Source: Aulosira sp. ZfuVER01 (GTDB lineage Bacteria; Cyanobacteriota; Cyanobacteriia; Cyanobacteriales; Nostocaceae). Taken from it: a DNA stretch of 64,000 bases. The stretch covers positions 1-64,000 of the forward strand of contig JAVRCV020000073.1 in NCBI GenBank assembly GCA_034530615.2. The letters are read 5' to 3'. A program made the position numbers and the translations under genes. Each line of letters begins with the position of its first letter. Positions within the stretch are counted from its first letter, which is position 1. The notes beneath the pieces are model-generated. The model worked only from the letters and a program-made list of their open reading frames with translations. It had not been told where the DNA came from and did not search any database. Positions 30,691 to 41,292 of this stretch are shown in pieces.

Positions 30691-32298
30691 ATGTTAGCAG
30701 GTACAACTTTGCAGGGTGGAAAATATACCCTAAATCAAGAAATCGGGCGCGGTGGCTTTGGAATTACGTTCAAAGCTACGCATCACTACTTAGGTCAGGA
30801 AGTAGTGATTAAGACCATTAATGAAAGGCTGCGACAACATCCTGATTTTGCCAAGTTCGAGCGCCAATTCCAAGATGAAGCCAGAAGATTAGCTACTTGT
30901 ATCCACCCAAATATTGTGCGGGTGAGCGACTTTTTTGTCGAAGCAGGGCTGCCTTACATGGTGATGGAATATATTCCTGGTGACACCTTAGGAGATGCAT
31001 TTGTTCTACCAGGGATACCGTTACCAGAAGCAACAGCAATTCATTACATCCGGCAAATTGCAGCCGCTTTGCAGGTAGTACATAACAACGGTTTGCTACA
31101 TCGGGATGTCAAACCAGATAATATCATCCTCCGGCAAGGAACTCAGGAAGTTGTACTAATTGATTTTGGGATCGCCCGAGAATTTAATGGCGGTGTGAGA
31201 CAAACACACACAGGTATAGTTTCTGAAGGTTATTCCCCAATTGAACAGTATCTCACACAAGCGCCACGCACACCTGCTACAGACGTGTATGGCTTGGCAG
31301 CCACATTATATGCCTTGTTGACAGCCCAAGTTCCCCTGCCGGCACTGCTGCGCGATCGCGAACAAATGCCAAGTCCTCGCGAACTGCAACCCCACCTCAG
31401 TGCTGCTGTCAATCAAGCAGTCATGCGGGGGATGGCGGTAGAATCTCGTTTTCGTCCAGCCACAGTTACCGAGTGGCTAAAACTGCTACCAGGCGATGGA
31501 GTAAATGTTGTACCGCAATCTGTCCCAACTCACACAGTCGCAACTATTAATTTATCGCTGGCAGAACAAGAAAATTCTCTGCGGAGAACTACTAAAAATC
31601 CTATTGATGCATCATTAGTTATTAAGAATGCGCGATCACTGGCGCAAAAACTAGCATCATCCAAAGTATTTATTGGCACTAGTGTTGCTGTGATTGCAGC
31701 TACAGCAGGTTTTGGCATTACGAGTATGCTCCCGAAATCTCAGCCGCAGCCCTCAAAGCCACTTTTTTCTCAACCCACAACAGAACCAACCGCAGAAACA
31801 CCAGTAGTTAATAGTACACCTTCAGATAGCAATAAAGAAACTCAAGCCAGTTCTGAGTCGCAAACTACACCTGTTTCTACTTCCTCACGGCGCAGGCGCA
31901 ATCGCCGTGTTTATCAGGAAGAATCTTCCAGCCGCACCAGAAGTTCTCAAGCAGAATCATCGCCAAGTCCAAAACCCGAACAACCCTCACCTGTACCTAG
32001 CGCTTCCCCCTCATCATCTCTCGTGGAAACATTACGAGCAATCAGATCATCTCGTAATGGGACTCCTTCACCAGCAGCAGGCAATAACTCACCTTCTGCG
32101 CCGAAAAATTCTACCCCACCAAAATCTGAGAAACAGTCAAACCCTGTAGTCATACCCGCAGTGCCAGTAGAATCTAAAGGTTCTAATCCTCCGGCGGTAG
32201 TAGTACCAACCCAAGAGGTAAAACAAAACTCTGGTACAGAGAATCCATCCCAGAAAAGTGAAAAGTTACCAGAACAACCACCAGAACCCAATAATTAG
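30691..32298 (+). CDS. Ser/Thr protein kinase (Hanks type) with TM segment and Ser/Pro-rich tail
   Basis: [33 protein letters not shown]. Confidence 0.96.
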   Translation: MLAGTTLQGGKYTLNQEIGRGGFGITFKATHHYLGQEVVIKTINERLRQHPDFAKFERQFQDEARRLATCIHPNIVRVSDFFVEAGLPYMVMEYIPGDTLGDAFVLPGIPLPEATAIHYIRQIAAALQVVHNNGLLHRDVKPDNIILRQGTQEVVLIDFGIAREFNGGVRQTHTGIVSEGYSPIEQYLTQAPRTPATDVYGLAATLYALLTAQVPLPALLRDREQMPSPRELQPHLSAAVNQAVMRGMAVESRFRPATVTEWLKLLPGDGVNVVPQSVPTHTVATINLSLAEQENSLRRTTKNPIDASLVIKNARSLAQKLASSKVFIGTSVAVIAATAGFGITSMLPKSQPQPSKPLFSQPTTEPTAETPVVNSTPSDSNKETQASSESQTTPVSTSSRRRRNRRVYQEESSSRTRSSQAESSPSPKPEQPSPVPSASPSSSLVETLRAIRSSRNGTPSPAAGNNSPSAPKNSTPPKSEKQSNPVVIPAVPVESKGSNPPAVVVPTQEVKQNSGTENPSQKSEKLPEQPPEPNN

Positions 32299-32356
32299 CT
32301 ATCTGCAACAATATAATCTCCTGCTTCGTTACCATCCCGTCCTGAGCGTAGTCGAA

Positions 32357-32489
32357 GGGCTAATAGCTAAAGTCTACTGAAGTAGACTAAGTTTTAAACG
32401 CAGAGTCACGCAAAGTTAGCGCGGAGGAACGCGGAGAATTTCTAAGCTACATATTTCAGTCTACTTGAGTGGACTTGCGCTATTAGCCC
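32357..32489. mobile_element. MITE/REP-like element with 32-bp imperfect terminal inverted repeats
   Basis: GGGCTAATAGCTAAAGTCTACTGAAGTAGACT versus the reverse complement of AGTCTACTTGAGTGGACTTGCGCTATTAGCCC (28/32); each end has its own internal palindrome. Confidence 0.65.
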
Positions 32490-32704
32490 GGAACTTCAGT
32501 TCTGGGAGGGATTAAGGTCAGCGCCTGATTCGGCTTCGCTTTATGTCTTGGCAGCAAGGAGATAGTTGATAGCAGTTTGTAAAATTAATACGTTGGCGCA
32601 GTCTGCTGTAGGCATTATTACACTAATATTTAAACTAACAGAATAGTTAAAGCCACCCTTTCCGATGAGAGGGAAAATCCGATCGCAATCAGGAAGAAAA
32701 TCTA

Positions 32705-35203
32705 GTGGCTAAACAACATTCCAAACAGCCCTCAAAACAAGTCTCTAGCACAGGAAAAGAGCTTACGGAAAACTCTTTTCAGATGCAACTGCAAGAACTG
32801 CTGAAGCGGAAAAAATATCGGCAAGCGTTGGAAGAAATCAAAAAAATTCAGCGATCGCATCCTGAGATAGAATTGAGTCCCAAAGAATCAGAGATTTGGT
32901 TGTTGCGGGGTCAGCAGGAATTTGAAAAGCAAGATTTTAAACAGGCAGAAAAATCCTTTAGCCGCGCTCTAGAATTGGGTTTGCTAGGAGATGCTCACTA
33001 TTGGCAAGCTAGGTGTCTATTAGAGTTGAATCAATTGGATGCAGCCTTAAAATTGCTCCGTGATGCTTTTGAAGCAGGTACACTCATCAAAGATTACGGC
33101 ATTTGTTATCTCAAACTCCTACTGCTTAAAGGAGATATCGCTACAGTTGAGCAGTTAATCAACAAACAATCTAAACGGTTTAGCGCAGCCCAACTTCACT
33201 GGGTACGCGGAGTGCTTGCTCTGAAAAATGGACAACCAGAAGCTGCTTTGACATCTTTTCAAAAAACTAAGCGCCCCATTACCGCAGGAGATTTACCAAT
33301 TGCTTGGATTGTTTACAGTCAGCAAGTTAGTGGGAATTGGAATGCTGCTGCTAATCTTTTGGGATTGCAGTCAGCTAGATATACTTTCGGCAGACCAAAG
33401 TATTTAGAACATCTAATTTTAGAGAGATTGGCAACTTTCCAACAAGTAAAGACTGGAGAACCACCTCTAGATCCAGGGAATCTAGATCAAGAAGATCCGG
33501 TTGTTCGGGATGCAATATCAGCGTTGGCAATTGTCCAGCTAATTAATAATGGCAATCATCATGATGCTGCCCATGTGTTGCTACGCAGGGAACAGGGTTC
33601 AACTCGTTTCCCCGAACTAGATAGTCTGCGGAAACCGCTTTTAACCCTCGCAGGTCAACAAGCACTTAGCCAAGGACAACCAGAATGTGCAGAGCTTTTC
33701 TGGCAGCCTTTGTTAACAGAAAAACCCTTTAACCCTCAGTTAGCAATCAATTTGTTAGAAGTCTTGGATGCTAATGATTCTGACGAAAAACGCCCAAGTC
33801 TGCTAACTCAGTTGTTGAAGTGGTTAGAACAGGAAGCCAAAAACAAGCCCCAAGAATGGCCTGCGGAGCGATTAAAACCAACCTTAGCGCACCTCCACTG
33901 CTGGATGGCAGATGCTTACATGGCAATCGATCGGGAGCGTGCAGCTTTAGGAGCTATGCAACAAGCCGAACGCATCTGTCCCACATCGCCAGAATTAATC
34001 GGGCGTAAGGGACTATTTGCGGCAATGGAGGAAAATTATACTGAAGCGATCGCACTAATTACCCAAGCTATTGAAGCTGGGTGTCGCTATGAAGAAATTT
34101 ATGCTGCCTTGCTGAGTTGTTGGGAGGAATTAGGCGACAAACAAGCACGTAATGAAGCCCGCCGCCGTTTTGGTAAGCACTTTGGTGACTTCAGTATTGA
34201 TACGGAAGTAGAAGTAGCACCTTGGATTGATGCCCTATCTACCCTGAGTTATTCCTTCTTTAGTCGTTTAGTGCAAGGCAAAGATAAAAAAGATCCAGCC
34301 TTGCGCGCTTGTCAGATATTTGTGAATGCAGTCCAAAGTCCGCCTAATTCCGGCGGTCGAGTTTCGTTAAATCAAAAAGCCGCAGCCGAAGCCTGGGAAA
34401 CTCTCTTGCAAGAATTACCGAGTCAAGAGCAAATTCCAGTATTACAGGCGATCGCTCTTTCAATCCACCTATTTGCCAAACGTGAAAAAGGCATCGCCGC
34501 TTTCACCAGTCAATATCTGCAAAAGTTGTCCCACCTCTCAGGAGAACACCCAGAAGCCAGAGTTGCTCATTTAGTAGTCTTAGCTGTCAAAGAAACTAAT
34601 CCCCAAAAACTAGAGTATCCTTTGATGTTCTATCTTGGCAGCATACCCCAACCTGGAAATGCTTTGGCAAATATTCAACTCCAAGCACGCCGTTTTGGCT
34701 TAATTAAAACCCTCGTACCTGCCTTGGATGAAGCACTCCGTCGCGAACCACAAAACCCTTTACTATTATTAGCTAGAGCTACTACCTACGACATTGATAA
34801 TCCACAATACGAACAATTAAAGCAACAAGGATTTGAATTAGCTCGTCGTCTCCAAGATGCCAAAGCCTTACAAGCATTTCGAGAAGAACAGGCATTTCTC
34901 TCTGCTCAAGAAGCGACTAGCATCATGCCAGACCCAGAGAAATTTGACGATCTCAATATGTCAAATATTGATGATTTATTAGAAGGGATGCTGAAAAAAT
35001 TATTTGGTAACAAAATTCCCAAAGCAGAGTTTGAAAGAATGCTTCCAGAACTCAAGCAAATGATGTTAAACAGTATGCCTGATTTTTCAGATGATGATGA
35101 TGACGAAGATGAAATAGATTTAGACTTTATCTTTAGAGATTTACCTCCTGCTCGTAAGAAACGAAAGGGTAGAACTAGAGGTGGTTTTCAGGATTTGTTT
35201 TAA
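32705..35203 (+). CDS. Large tetratricopeptide-repeat protein with acidic then basic C-terminal tail
   Basis: Multiple TPR-like helical pairs (e.g. LLRGQQEFEKQDFKQAEKSFSRALEL, AHYWQARCLLELNQLDAALKLL); tail DDDDDEDE...RKKRKGR. Confidence 0.85.
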   Translation: MAKQHSKQPSKQVSSTGKELTENSFQMQLQELLKRKKYRQALEEIKKIQRSHPEIELSPKESEIWLLRGQQEFEKQDFKQAEKSFSRALELGLLGDAHYWQARCLLELNQLDAALKLLRDAFEAGTLIKDYGICYLKLLLLKGDIATVEQLINKQSKRFSAAQLHWVRGVLALKNGQPEAALTSFQKTKRPITAGDLPIAWIVYSQQVSGNWNAAANLLGLQSARYTFGRPKYLEHLILERLATFQQVKTGEPPLDPGNLDQEDPVVRDAISALAIVQLINNGNHHDAAHVLLRREQGSTRFPELDSLRKPLLTLAGQQALSQGQPECAELFWQPLLTEKPFNPQLAINLLEVLDANDSDEKRPSLLTQLLKWLEQEAKNKPQEWPAERLKPTLAHLHCWMADAYMAIDRERAALGAMQQAERICPTSPELIGRKGLFAAMEENYTEAIALITQAIEAGCRYEEIYAALLSCWEELGDKQARNEARRRFGKHFGDFSIDTEVEVAPWIDALSTLSYSFFSRLVQGKDKKDPALRACQIFVNAVQSPPNSGGRVSLNQKAAAEAWETLLQELPSQEQIPVLQAIALSIHLFAKREKGIAAFTSQYLQKLSHLSGEHPEARVAHLVVLAVKETNPQKLEYPLMFYLGSIPQPGNALANIQLQARRFGLIKTLVPALDEALRREPQNPLLLLARATTYDIDNPQYEQLKQQGFELARRLQDAKALQAFREEQAFLSAQEATSIMPDPEKFDDLNMSNIDDLLEGMLKKLFGNKIPKAEFERMLPELKQMMLNSMPDFSDDDDDEDEIDLDFIFRDLPPARKKRKGRTRGGFQDLF

Positions 35204-35306
35204 ATAAGGCAGAAGGTGGTTCCAATGAAAAAATTTCATCGTTATGCATGAAAAAGGACAAATGCTCAATGCCCAATGCCCAATGCCCATTGACTCATAA
35301 CTTCTT

Positions 35307-35603
35307 ATGACTTCTCACTACGAACGTTTAGGCATTTCTCCAGAAGCTACGCCCGCCGAAATTAAAGCGGCTTATCATGCAAAGCTGCGTGAATTTCCTG
35401 CTCATAGTCATCCAGAAGAGTTTAAAGCAATTCGCACAGCTTACGAAGCACTGCGCAAAGGAGAGACAACTCAACATGAGGATTTCTTAAAAATTCGTCC
35501 CTTGGAAGCAGAACTGAACCCAGAGGTATTAGAACAGGTGCGAGAAAAAGCGATCGCTCAACTAGAAATTAGCTTAGAAGATTTAATTCGTGCCACATTT
35601 TAA
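35307..35603 (+). CDS. Small J-domain (DnaJ-like) protein lacking the canonical HPD
   Basis: HYERLGISPEATPAEIKAAYHAKLREFPAHSHPEEFKAIRTAYEAL. Confidence 0.88.
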   Translation: MTSHYERLGISPEATPAEIKAAYHAKLREFPAHSHPEEFKAIRTAYEALRKGETTQHEDFLKIRPLEAELNPEVLEQVREKAIAQLEISLEDLIRATF

Positions 35604-35649
35604 TTTTTTGGACAATGAGCAATGACAAATAACTAATAACAAATGACAA

Positions 35650-36438
35650 ATGACAAATGACAAAGAAGCTTTATTTGCTAAATTTCTAGATTATTTACAA
35701 TCTGAACAAGCACCACCTGAATATTTAGGAGAAGCACCGGAATCGGCTAATACCTTTGACCCTTATCAAATGGTGGCAGAATGGACTGCCCTACGCCATG
35801 AACTTAAGCAACAGGGTAAATTATTGCGTTCTAGCCAAGACGCTCTCCAGCAAGCATTGGAAGTAACTCGCGCAGATAAAGAACAACTGGAAATACGTCT
35901 AGAAGAAAGTCAAAAACAGGCATTGACCCAATTTGAGCAACAGCAAGAGAAACTACTAAAAGATTTGCTGGGTATTTTGGACGCTTTAGATCGAGCTTGT
36001 AGTTACTGGCAAGAGGAACTAGAAGCACTACCTGCTACCTCAACACCAAAATCGAGTTCACAAAACAGCTTATGGGAAAAGCTCAAAGATTTGTTTACTG
36101 GCAAGGAAATGCAGTCTACGGTATCTCAAGAAACACCAATATCAGAATCATTAAGTGAAATTATCACCAGCAATCAACAAGGAGTGGAGTTAATTAGGCG
36201 ATCGCTCCTAGAGATACTACGACAACGGCGTGTTGTTCCCATTGCAGCTTTGGGAAAACCTTTTGACTCTCAGACAATGTATGCTGTAGGTCGTGAAAAA
36301 AGAACAGATGTTCCAGATAATACTGTTATTCAGGAAGTAGTACGGGGTTATTTATGGGGTGATGCCTCCAGCAACGACGGAGTTGTATACGTGCTTAGAG
36401 AAGCACAGGTAATTGTCGCCACACGAGAAGTGACTTAG
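35650..36438 (+). CDS. grpE: GrpE-like nucleotide exchange factor (divergent paralog)
   Basis: Coiled coil, LLKDLLGILDALDRA, GKPFD...AV, VIQEVVRGYLWGD...VLREAQVIV. Confidence 0.85.
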   Translation: MTNDKEALFAKFLDYLQSEQAPPEYLGEAPESANTFDPYQMVAEWTALRHELKQQGKLLRSSQDALQQALEVTRADKEQLEIRLEESQKQALTQFEQQQEKLLKDLLGILDALDRACSYWQEELEALPATSTPKSSSQNSLWEKLKDLFTGKEMQSTVSQETPISESLSEIITSNQQGVELIRRSLLEILRQRRVVPIAALGKPFDSQTMYAVGREKRTDVPDNTVIQEVVRGYLWGDASSNDGVVYVLREAQVIVATREVT

Positions 36439-36606
36439 AGAAGTAAAACGGCATCAATCAATAACCCATTCCAAATTCATCACGTCAGAACTCAAAGATT
36501 AAATATCTAAATATTTTGAATTAATGCCTTAGGTAGATATTCAATATGCCTACAAATTCTAAACTCATCTTTGGTAGGACACTTATGTAACGACTCACAC
36601 GAATTT

Positions 36607-36639
36607 ATCCCCACATTAATGGTGTGGGGATTTTCTTTT
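36607..36639 (+). terminator. Intrinsic terminator
   Basis: ATCCCCACA-TTAATGG-TGTGGGGAT followed by TTTCTTTT. Confidence 0.7.
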
Positions 36640-37218
36640 CTGGTGAGCATTGAGGTATGATGAACTTACCTTTTTAAATTTTATAGTACAAAATAACTAT
36701 CAAAATATTTTTGGCAAATCAGTTTATAAATAAAGTAAGGATTTTCACTAAAACTTAACTAAGTATTAACCAAAAATACCGAATTTATGTTTACAGCAAT
36801 TAGATTAAATTCTAATTTAATAGATTTAAAAAATTTGTGATTGTCGCAAAAGTTTGATCCAAAATATTGATATGTTATGGCGTAACCTAACGCATCCTAC
36901 TAGATTGACACACTTAAAGTGATGCATTACAAAAATCTATTTTATCGGTGGTTCATTTTCTCCTCGCTATTGCACCAAATTAGCTGTGTCAGTCCACTAC
37001 ATATAAATGTCAGTAAAATAAGGTGGATTTACCCGACTTCTTGTAGACACCCAGAGTGTGGCTTTCCGGAGGGTATAAGTCGGGGATCTAGACAGGCATT
37101 TTTGGTTAAGTAAGTGCCGTTCCACCCTACGCGCCATATTAAATCTCTGTAACAAGCCCAAGCACTTACTGCGATCAAAGGCTAAATTGGAAAAAATCAG
37201 CCGAAAAAAGGAATTATA

Positions 37219-37719
37219 ATGAGTTATCAAAGACCTGTTATTCTAATTTCTCAGTCTCAGCAAGCACGGATGCTAAATTGGATTGCCATCGCAGGGATAG
37301 TTGCATTGTTTGGCATTGCCATTCATGCGTGGTTTGCATTACCAGAGACTATACCCATCCACTTTGGATTTGATGGGAAAGCCAACGGCTGGGGGAGTAA
37401 AAATTTCCTCTGGCTATTCCCGATTTTAAGTTTGTTAATTTACGGGATGCTGACAGTACTCAACCGCTATCCTCATACATTTAATTATGCAGTGCAAATT
37501 ACTGAAGAAAATGCACTGCGGCAATATCAAATTGCTTGCTCAATGCTCAATTGGTTGAAAACCGAAATGGTTTGGTTATTTACTTACATTGAGTGGCAAA
37601 TTTTTTACTTAGCAACTACAGAAAACCCTAGCTTAGGAATCTGGTTGCTGCCAGTATGTTTGATTATTGTCTTCGGGACGATCGCATATTGGTTAACTCA
37701 ATCTTTTCTGGCTCGTTAA
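37219..37719 (+). CDS. DUF1648 (SdpI-like N-terminus) membrane protein
   Basis: LPETIPIHFGFDGKANGWGSK motif, four hydrophobic helices, FNYAVQITEENALRQY. Confidence 0.88.
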   Translation: MSYQRPVILISQSQQARMLNWIAIAGIVALFGIAIHAWFALPETIPIHFGFDGKANGWGSKNFLWLFPILSLLIYGMLTVLNRYPHTFNYAVQITEENALRQYQIACSMLNWLKTEMVWLFTYIEWQIFYLATTENPSLGIWLLPVCLIIVFGTIAYWLTQSFLAR

Positions 37720-37858
37720 TAACTGATTTACTAAACTGAATTTTATTTTTTGCCCGCATCTCATATCAATTCCCGAAAAATCTGATACAGATTCAAACTC
37801 TAAAACCTATGCTGAGTCTCACTTTCTTATATTTTGAATTTTGAATTTTGAATTGGTA

Positions 37859-39088
37859 TCACTCCTTTGTACCTTCACTACTAGCAGTTGTACTATTCAT
37901 TTGTTCTCGCAAAACGGCAATTTGAGAAACCATAATTTCTTCTATCCCAGTAGTTGTCATTGCTCCCATCCAGCGAATCATCGATGATAGAAACAGTTCT
38001 TTGAGATAGGCGAAAGAAAAACCATTTGTCATCGCCACTATTTGAGTGACAGCCTCTGGTGACAAACGCATAGCAGTTTTGAGGCGATCGTTCCACAGTG
38101 TAATGTAAGCTTGTCGTACTGAGTTATCTGGTAGTTCAAAATGATACTTGCGGTCAAACCGACTAGGGCGATCGCGAATTGCTGGATCTAAACGTTCGGG
38201 ATGATTGGTACTTGCAATGGTGACAATTCCTTCATTAGCGGCGAAGCCATCCAGTTCATTGAGAAAGAAAGAACGATTTTCCTCAGTCAATAGAGAATCT
38301 AAATCCTCCAGTACCAAAATACAAGGAGCAGATTGTCTTGCTTGTTTGAATACTTTCCGAATATTTTCACTATCAGTGTCATATTCAGACTGGAAACTTT
38401 TAACATACAAGCATGGCTGTTGCATGTGATTAATTAATGCTTTGACTGTATGGGTTTTACCGTTCCCTGGTGAACCGATAAATAAAATGCCTCTTTTCCA
38501 AGGGACACTATAAGCTGCATACATTTCTTGAGAAGCAAAGAAGTTGGCTAGATCGTTTTTAATATCTTGTTTCAGATTGCCATGCAAAATTAGGTTATCA
38601 AAAGTTGCAGTCTTAATAGATTGAAAAAGATCGGGATTTTTTGCCCAATAACCATCTTCAAAAACTAAAACCTCGTCGCGAATTTCTGAATTCCAGTCAC
38701 AAACAGCAGTAAAAAAGCTTTCTGCCAATTCTTTGTTATCAGCCAAAATCCAGTAATATCTGGTTTTACAATAGCCTTCCTGCCAACTCATTAATAGGAT
38801 ATCAAGTTTCTGTCCTTGCCATTGCACCTCAAATTCAGCATTTTCTGTATGTTTGTATACTTGATTTTCCATCCCATCCCAACCAGTCAAAATCTGGTTG
38901 TGAATTGAGGAATTATATTGAATTTGGCAAAGGTTAGCCTCAGCATACTTCTCTAAATTAAATGTAGAGTCGTTACCTTCTAGGAGTACTTTCTTAGGGT
39001 AAATCGCTGCTAATTCCTGACTAATATGATAAGCGATCGCATTATTGGGCAGGCTAAGTGCTTCTGTAATCAGTTGTTGGATTTTCAT
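37859..39088 (-). CDS. AAA+ family ATPase
   Basis: KRGILFIGSPGNGKT, LVLEDLD, STNHPERLDPAIRDRPSRFD. Confidence 0.92.
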   Translation of the reverse strand: MKIQQLITEALSLPNNAIAYHISQELAAIYPKKVLLEGNDSTFNLEKYAEANLCQIQYNSSIHNQILTGWDGMENQVYKHTENAEFEVQWQGQKLDILLMSWQEGYCKTRYYWILADNKELAESFFTAVCDWNSEIRDEVLVFEDGYWAKNPDLFQSIKTATFDNLILHGNLKQDIKNDLANFFASQEMYAAYSVPWKRGILFIGSPGNGKTHTVKALINHMQQPCLYVKSFQSEYDTDSENIRKVFKQARQSAPCILVLEDLDSLLTEENRSFFLNELDGFAANEGIVTIASTNHPERLDPAIRDRPSRFDRKYHFELPDNSVRQAYITLWNDRLKTAMRLSPEAVTQIVAMTNGFSFAYLKELFLSSMIRWMGAMTTTGIEEIMVSQIAVLREQMNSTTASSEGTKE

Positions 39089-39188
39089 CCTAATTGAGTG
39101 ACTTTGCTAGTTATGTCATGAGCAACTACACAACATAGGTTATAAATTTCGGATTTGCAAGTAAAAATTTATTTCACTCAACCAGATA

Positions 39189-39267
39189 TATAGAGCATTC
39201 CTAAATGAGTTACAAACATTTATCCCCCCTTATCCTTTTTGTTTAGATATCAAATAGGATTGCTATA
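39189..39267. mobile_element. Short MITE-like element of the TAGGATTGCTATA family
   Basis: Right end TCAAATAGGATTGCTATA is identical to the end of the 4428-4522 copy; left end is degenerate (AGCATTCCTAAATGA). Confidence 0.55.
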
Positions 39268-39303
39268 TTTCCATATCCTACAATTAAATTCACCAATGGC
39301 TAT

Positions 39304-40218
39304 CTAATTAATTCCTTCAAGTAATTTGGGAGCTTTTGTGTTAGCACCATATAGCTCGACAAATCTTTTAAACAGCAACATTGTTTGATGATTTGAAGCT
39401 AAATTAACGGTGAACAAACGCTCAATATTTTTCTCATAGAGATTACGCAGATAAGGCAAATCTTCAAATAGAGTTAAACAAGAAGCAAAATGCAATAAGA
39501 TTTGCAGTACTGGTTTAGGCCAATCTAGGTCACTGTAGATTTCTATAAATAGTTGATGTTCCCTTTGATTTAAGGGTAATGCATAAAACATTACAGTTAT
39601 TCTTTTACCATTGTATACCGGGATACTAAGTTCAATGGTATAGGGAGTATGTAAAATTAAATCCACCTCAACAATCGGTTGTCGCCAAATTCTTAAAGCA
39701 TTCAGTGGAGACTCTAACATTGTTTGAAATTTGATGATACCACCGATGGCTGTAGGCTGGAAAGAGCTAATATTAATCACTCGCAAATTATTCAGACTAA
39801 ATTTGTGAATTGTTTCTAAATGTTTTAAATTCAACAAATGATAAATTTGGCACAGATAAGGAAAAGGTAAAATATACTCTTGGCTAATCATGTGCCGCTT
39901 TTTCAACTCAAACTTATTATCTTGAGTGGGACATAGATATCCCTCAATATTATTTACATCATTTTCAGGTCTTAAATACAGCCAACTCAAAAAGAAGAAT
40001 GAGGCTGTAAATAGCTGAAACACTTCCAAGCTAGATAGATAACCATCGGCAAACGCTGCAAAACTTCTATCGGTGATGCCAAAAAGCCAAGATGGAATCC
40101 CAGCCAACCAAATACCATTTTTGAGTTTGCCTATAAAAAGGGCAAGTTCTATTTCTAGAGATTGAGTACCATTTTTAGCAGCTTCATCTCTATCTTTTTG
40201 AATGAGATTCATAGACAT
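39304..40218 (-). CDS. Hypothetical protein with N-terminal hydrophobic segments
   Basis: 304-aa ORF; no recognisable motif. Confidence 0.75.
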   Translation of the reverse strand: MSMNLIQKDRDEAAKNGTQSLEIELALFIGKLKNGIWLAGIPSWLFGITDRSFAAFADGYLSSLEVFQLFTASFFFLSWLYLRPENDVNNIEGYLCPTQDNKFELKKRHMISQEYILPFPYLCQIYHLLNLKHLETIHKFSLNNLRVINISSFQPTAIGGIIKFQTMLESPLNALRIWRQPIVEVDLILHTPYTIELSIPVYNGKRITVMFYALPLNQREHQLFIEIYSDLDWPKPVLQILLHFASCLTLFEDLPYLRNLYEKNIERLFTVNLASNHQTMLLFKRFVELYGANTKAPKLLEGIN

Positions 40219-40699
40219 AGTAATTTATCTTCAGCTATTGCTGAATCTAGGAATTAATATCTGTAATTAAATTGATCCTAGCTATGTCTAAAGCCATCAA
40301 CCTCTACCTTTAGCTGGAAATGCAAATAACTAGACCTGAGAAAAATACTCAAAGCCCTATATATAATTCAAAATAAAAAGTAACTTTAACTACCTTTTCT
40401 ACTTCATTTATTTGTAATAAAGTTAACAATAATAATTAGGTCTATCTCAAAGGATAACGATACATAATTAGACAAAACCATTTTTATCTAAAAATCACAA
40501 AATTATCTGTTGCTTGAGGAGGAGTGCGAAGCAATTAGTAAGTCATTAATCATATATAAATTGACGCTAAGAGAGCGATCGCAATTGGTGTAGAACAGCC
40601 AATACAAGCATTTCCACCTCAGCCTATAGAATTGCTGGCGCTAAGGCTGTATCATTTTTAAATATTTTCATAATTCAGCATTCCCTACAGACGCCAGCA

Positions 40700-41194
40700 A
40701 TGATTATCCGCCATGCGACTGAAGTTGACTTACCTACTATAGTGGCAATTTACAATGCTGCAATTCCTACCCGCATGGCCACGGCTGATTTAGAGTCAGT
40801 GTCTGTGGAAAGCCGCCTAAATTGGTTTCAAGGGCGATCGCCTTCACAAAGACCGCTGTGGGTGGTAGAAGTAGAAGGTGTAGTTGCTGGCTGGCTGAGT
40901 TTCCAATCCTTTTATGGACGACCTGCCTACAGTAAGACTGCCGAAATTAGTATCTACATTGCCCCAAACTTTCAACGATGTGGTTTAGGACGAAAACTCC
41001 TAGCGCAAGCAATTCACCAAAGTCCAAGTTTGGGTATAAAGACTTTAATTAGCTTTATTTTTGCCCATAATCAGCCCAGTTTAAAGCTGTTTGAAACATT
41101 CGGCTTTAAACTTTGGGGACATTTACCCAATATCGCAGAACTTGACGGTATGGAACGTGACTTAGTAATTATGGGACTGCGGGTTGGGGAATGA
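40700..41194 (+). CDS. GNAT N-acetyltransferase (phosphinothricin/methionine-sulfoximine acetyltransferase-like)
   Basis: IVAIYNAAI, YGRPAYSKTAEISIY, QRCGLGRKLL, NQPSLKLFETFGF. Confidence 0.92.
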   Translation: MIIRHATEVDLPTIVAIYNAAIPTRMATADLESVSVESRLNWFQGRSPSQRPLWVVEVEGVVAGWLSFQSFYGRPAYSKTAEISIYIAPNFQRCGLGRKLLAQAIHQSPSLGIKTLISFIFAHNQPSLKLFETFGFKLWGHLPNIAELDGMERDLVIMGLRVGE

Positions 41195-41292
41195 GGCAGC
41201 AGGGAAGCAGTAGGACAAGTAAGAGAAGGGAGACAAGGGAGTGTGGGGAGAAATGCACAGTGCCCAATGACAAATGACCAAAGGAAATAAAT

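Noticed and set aside
36919..37230. ORFs 36919-37113 (+) and 36997-37230 (-) as a possible dnaK remnant
   Set aside because: No Hsp70 motifs in any frame I read; short and mutually overlapping.
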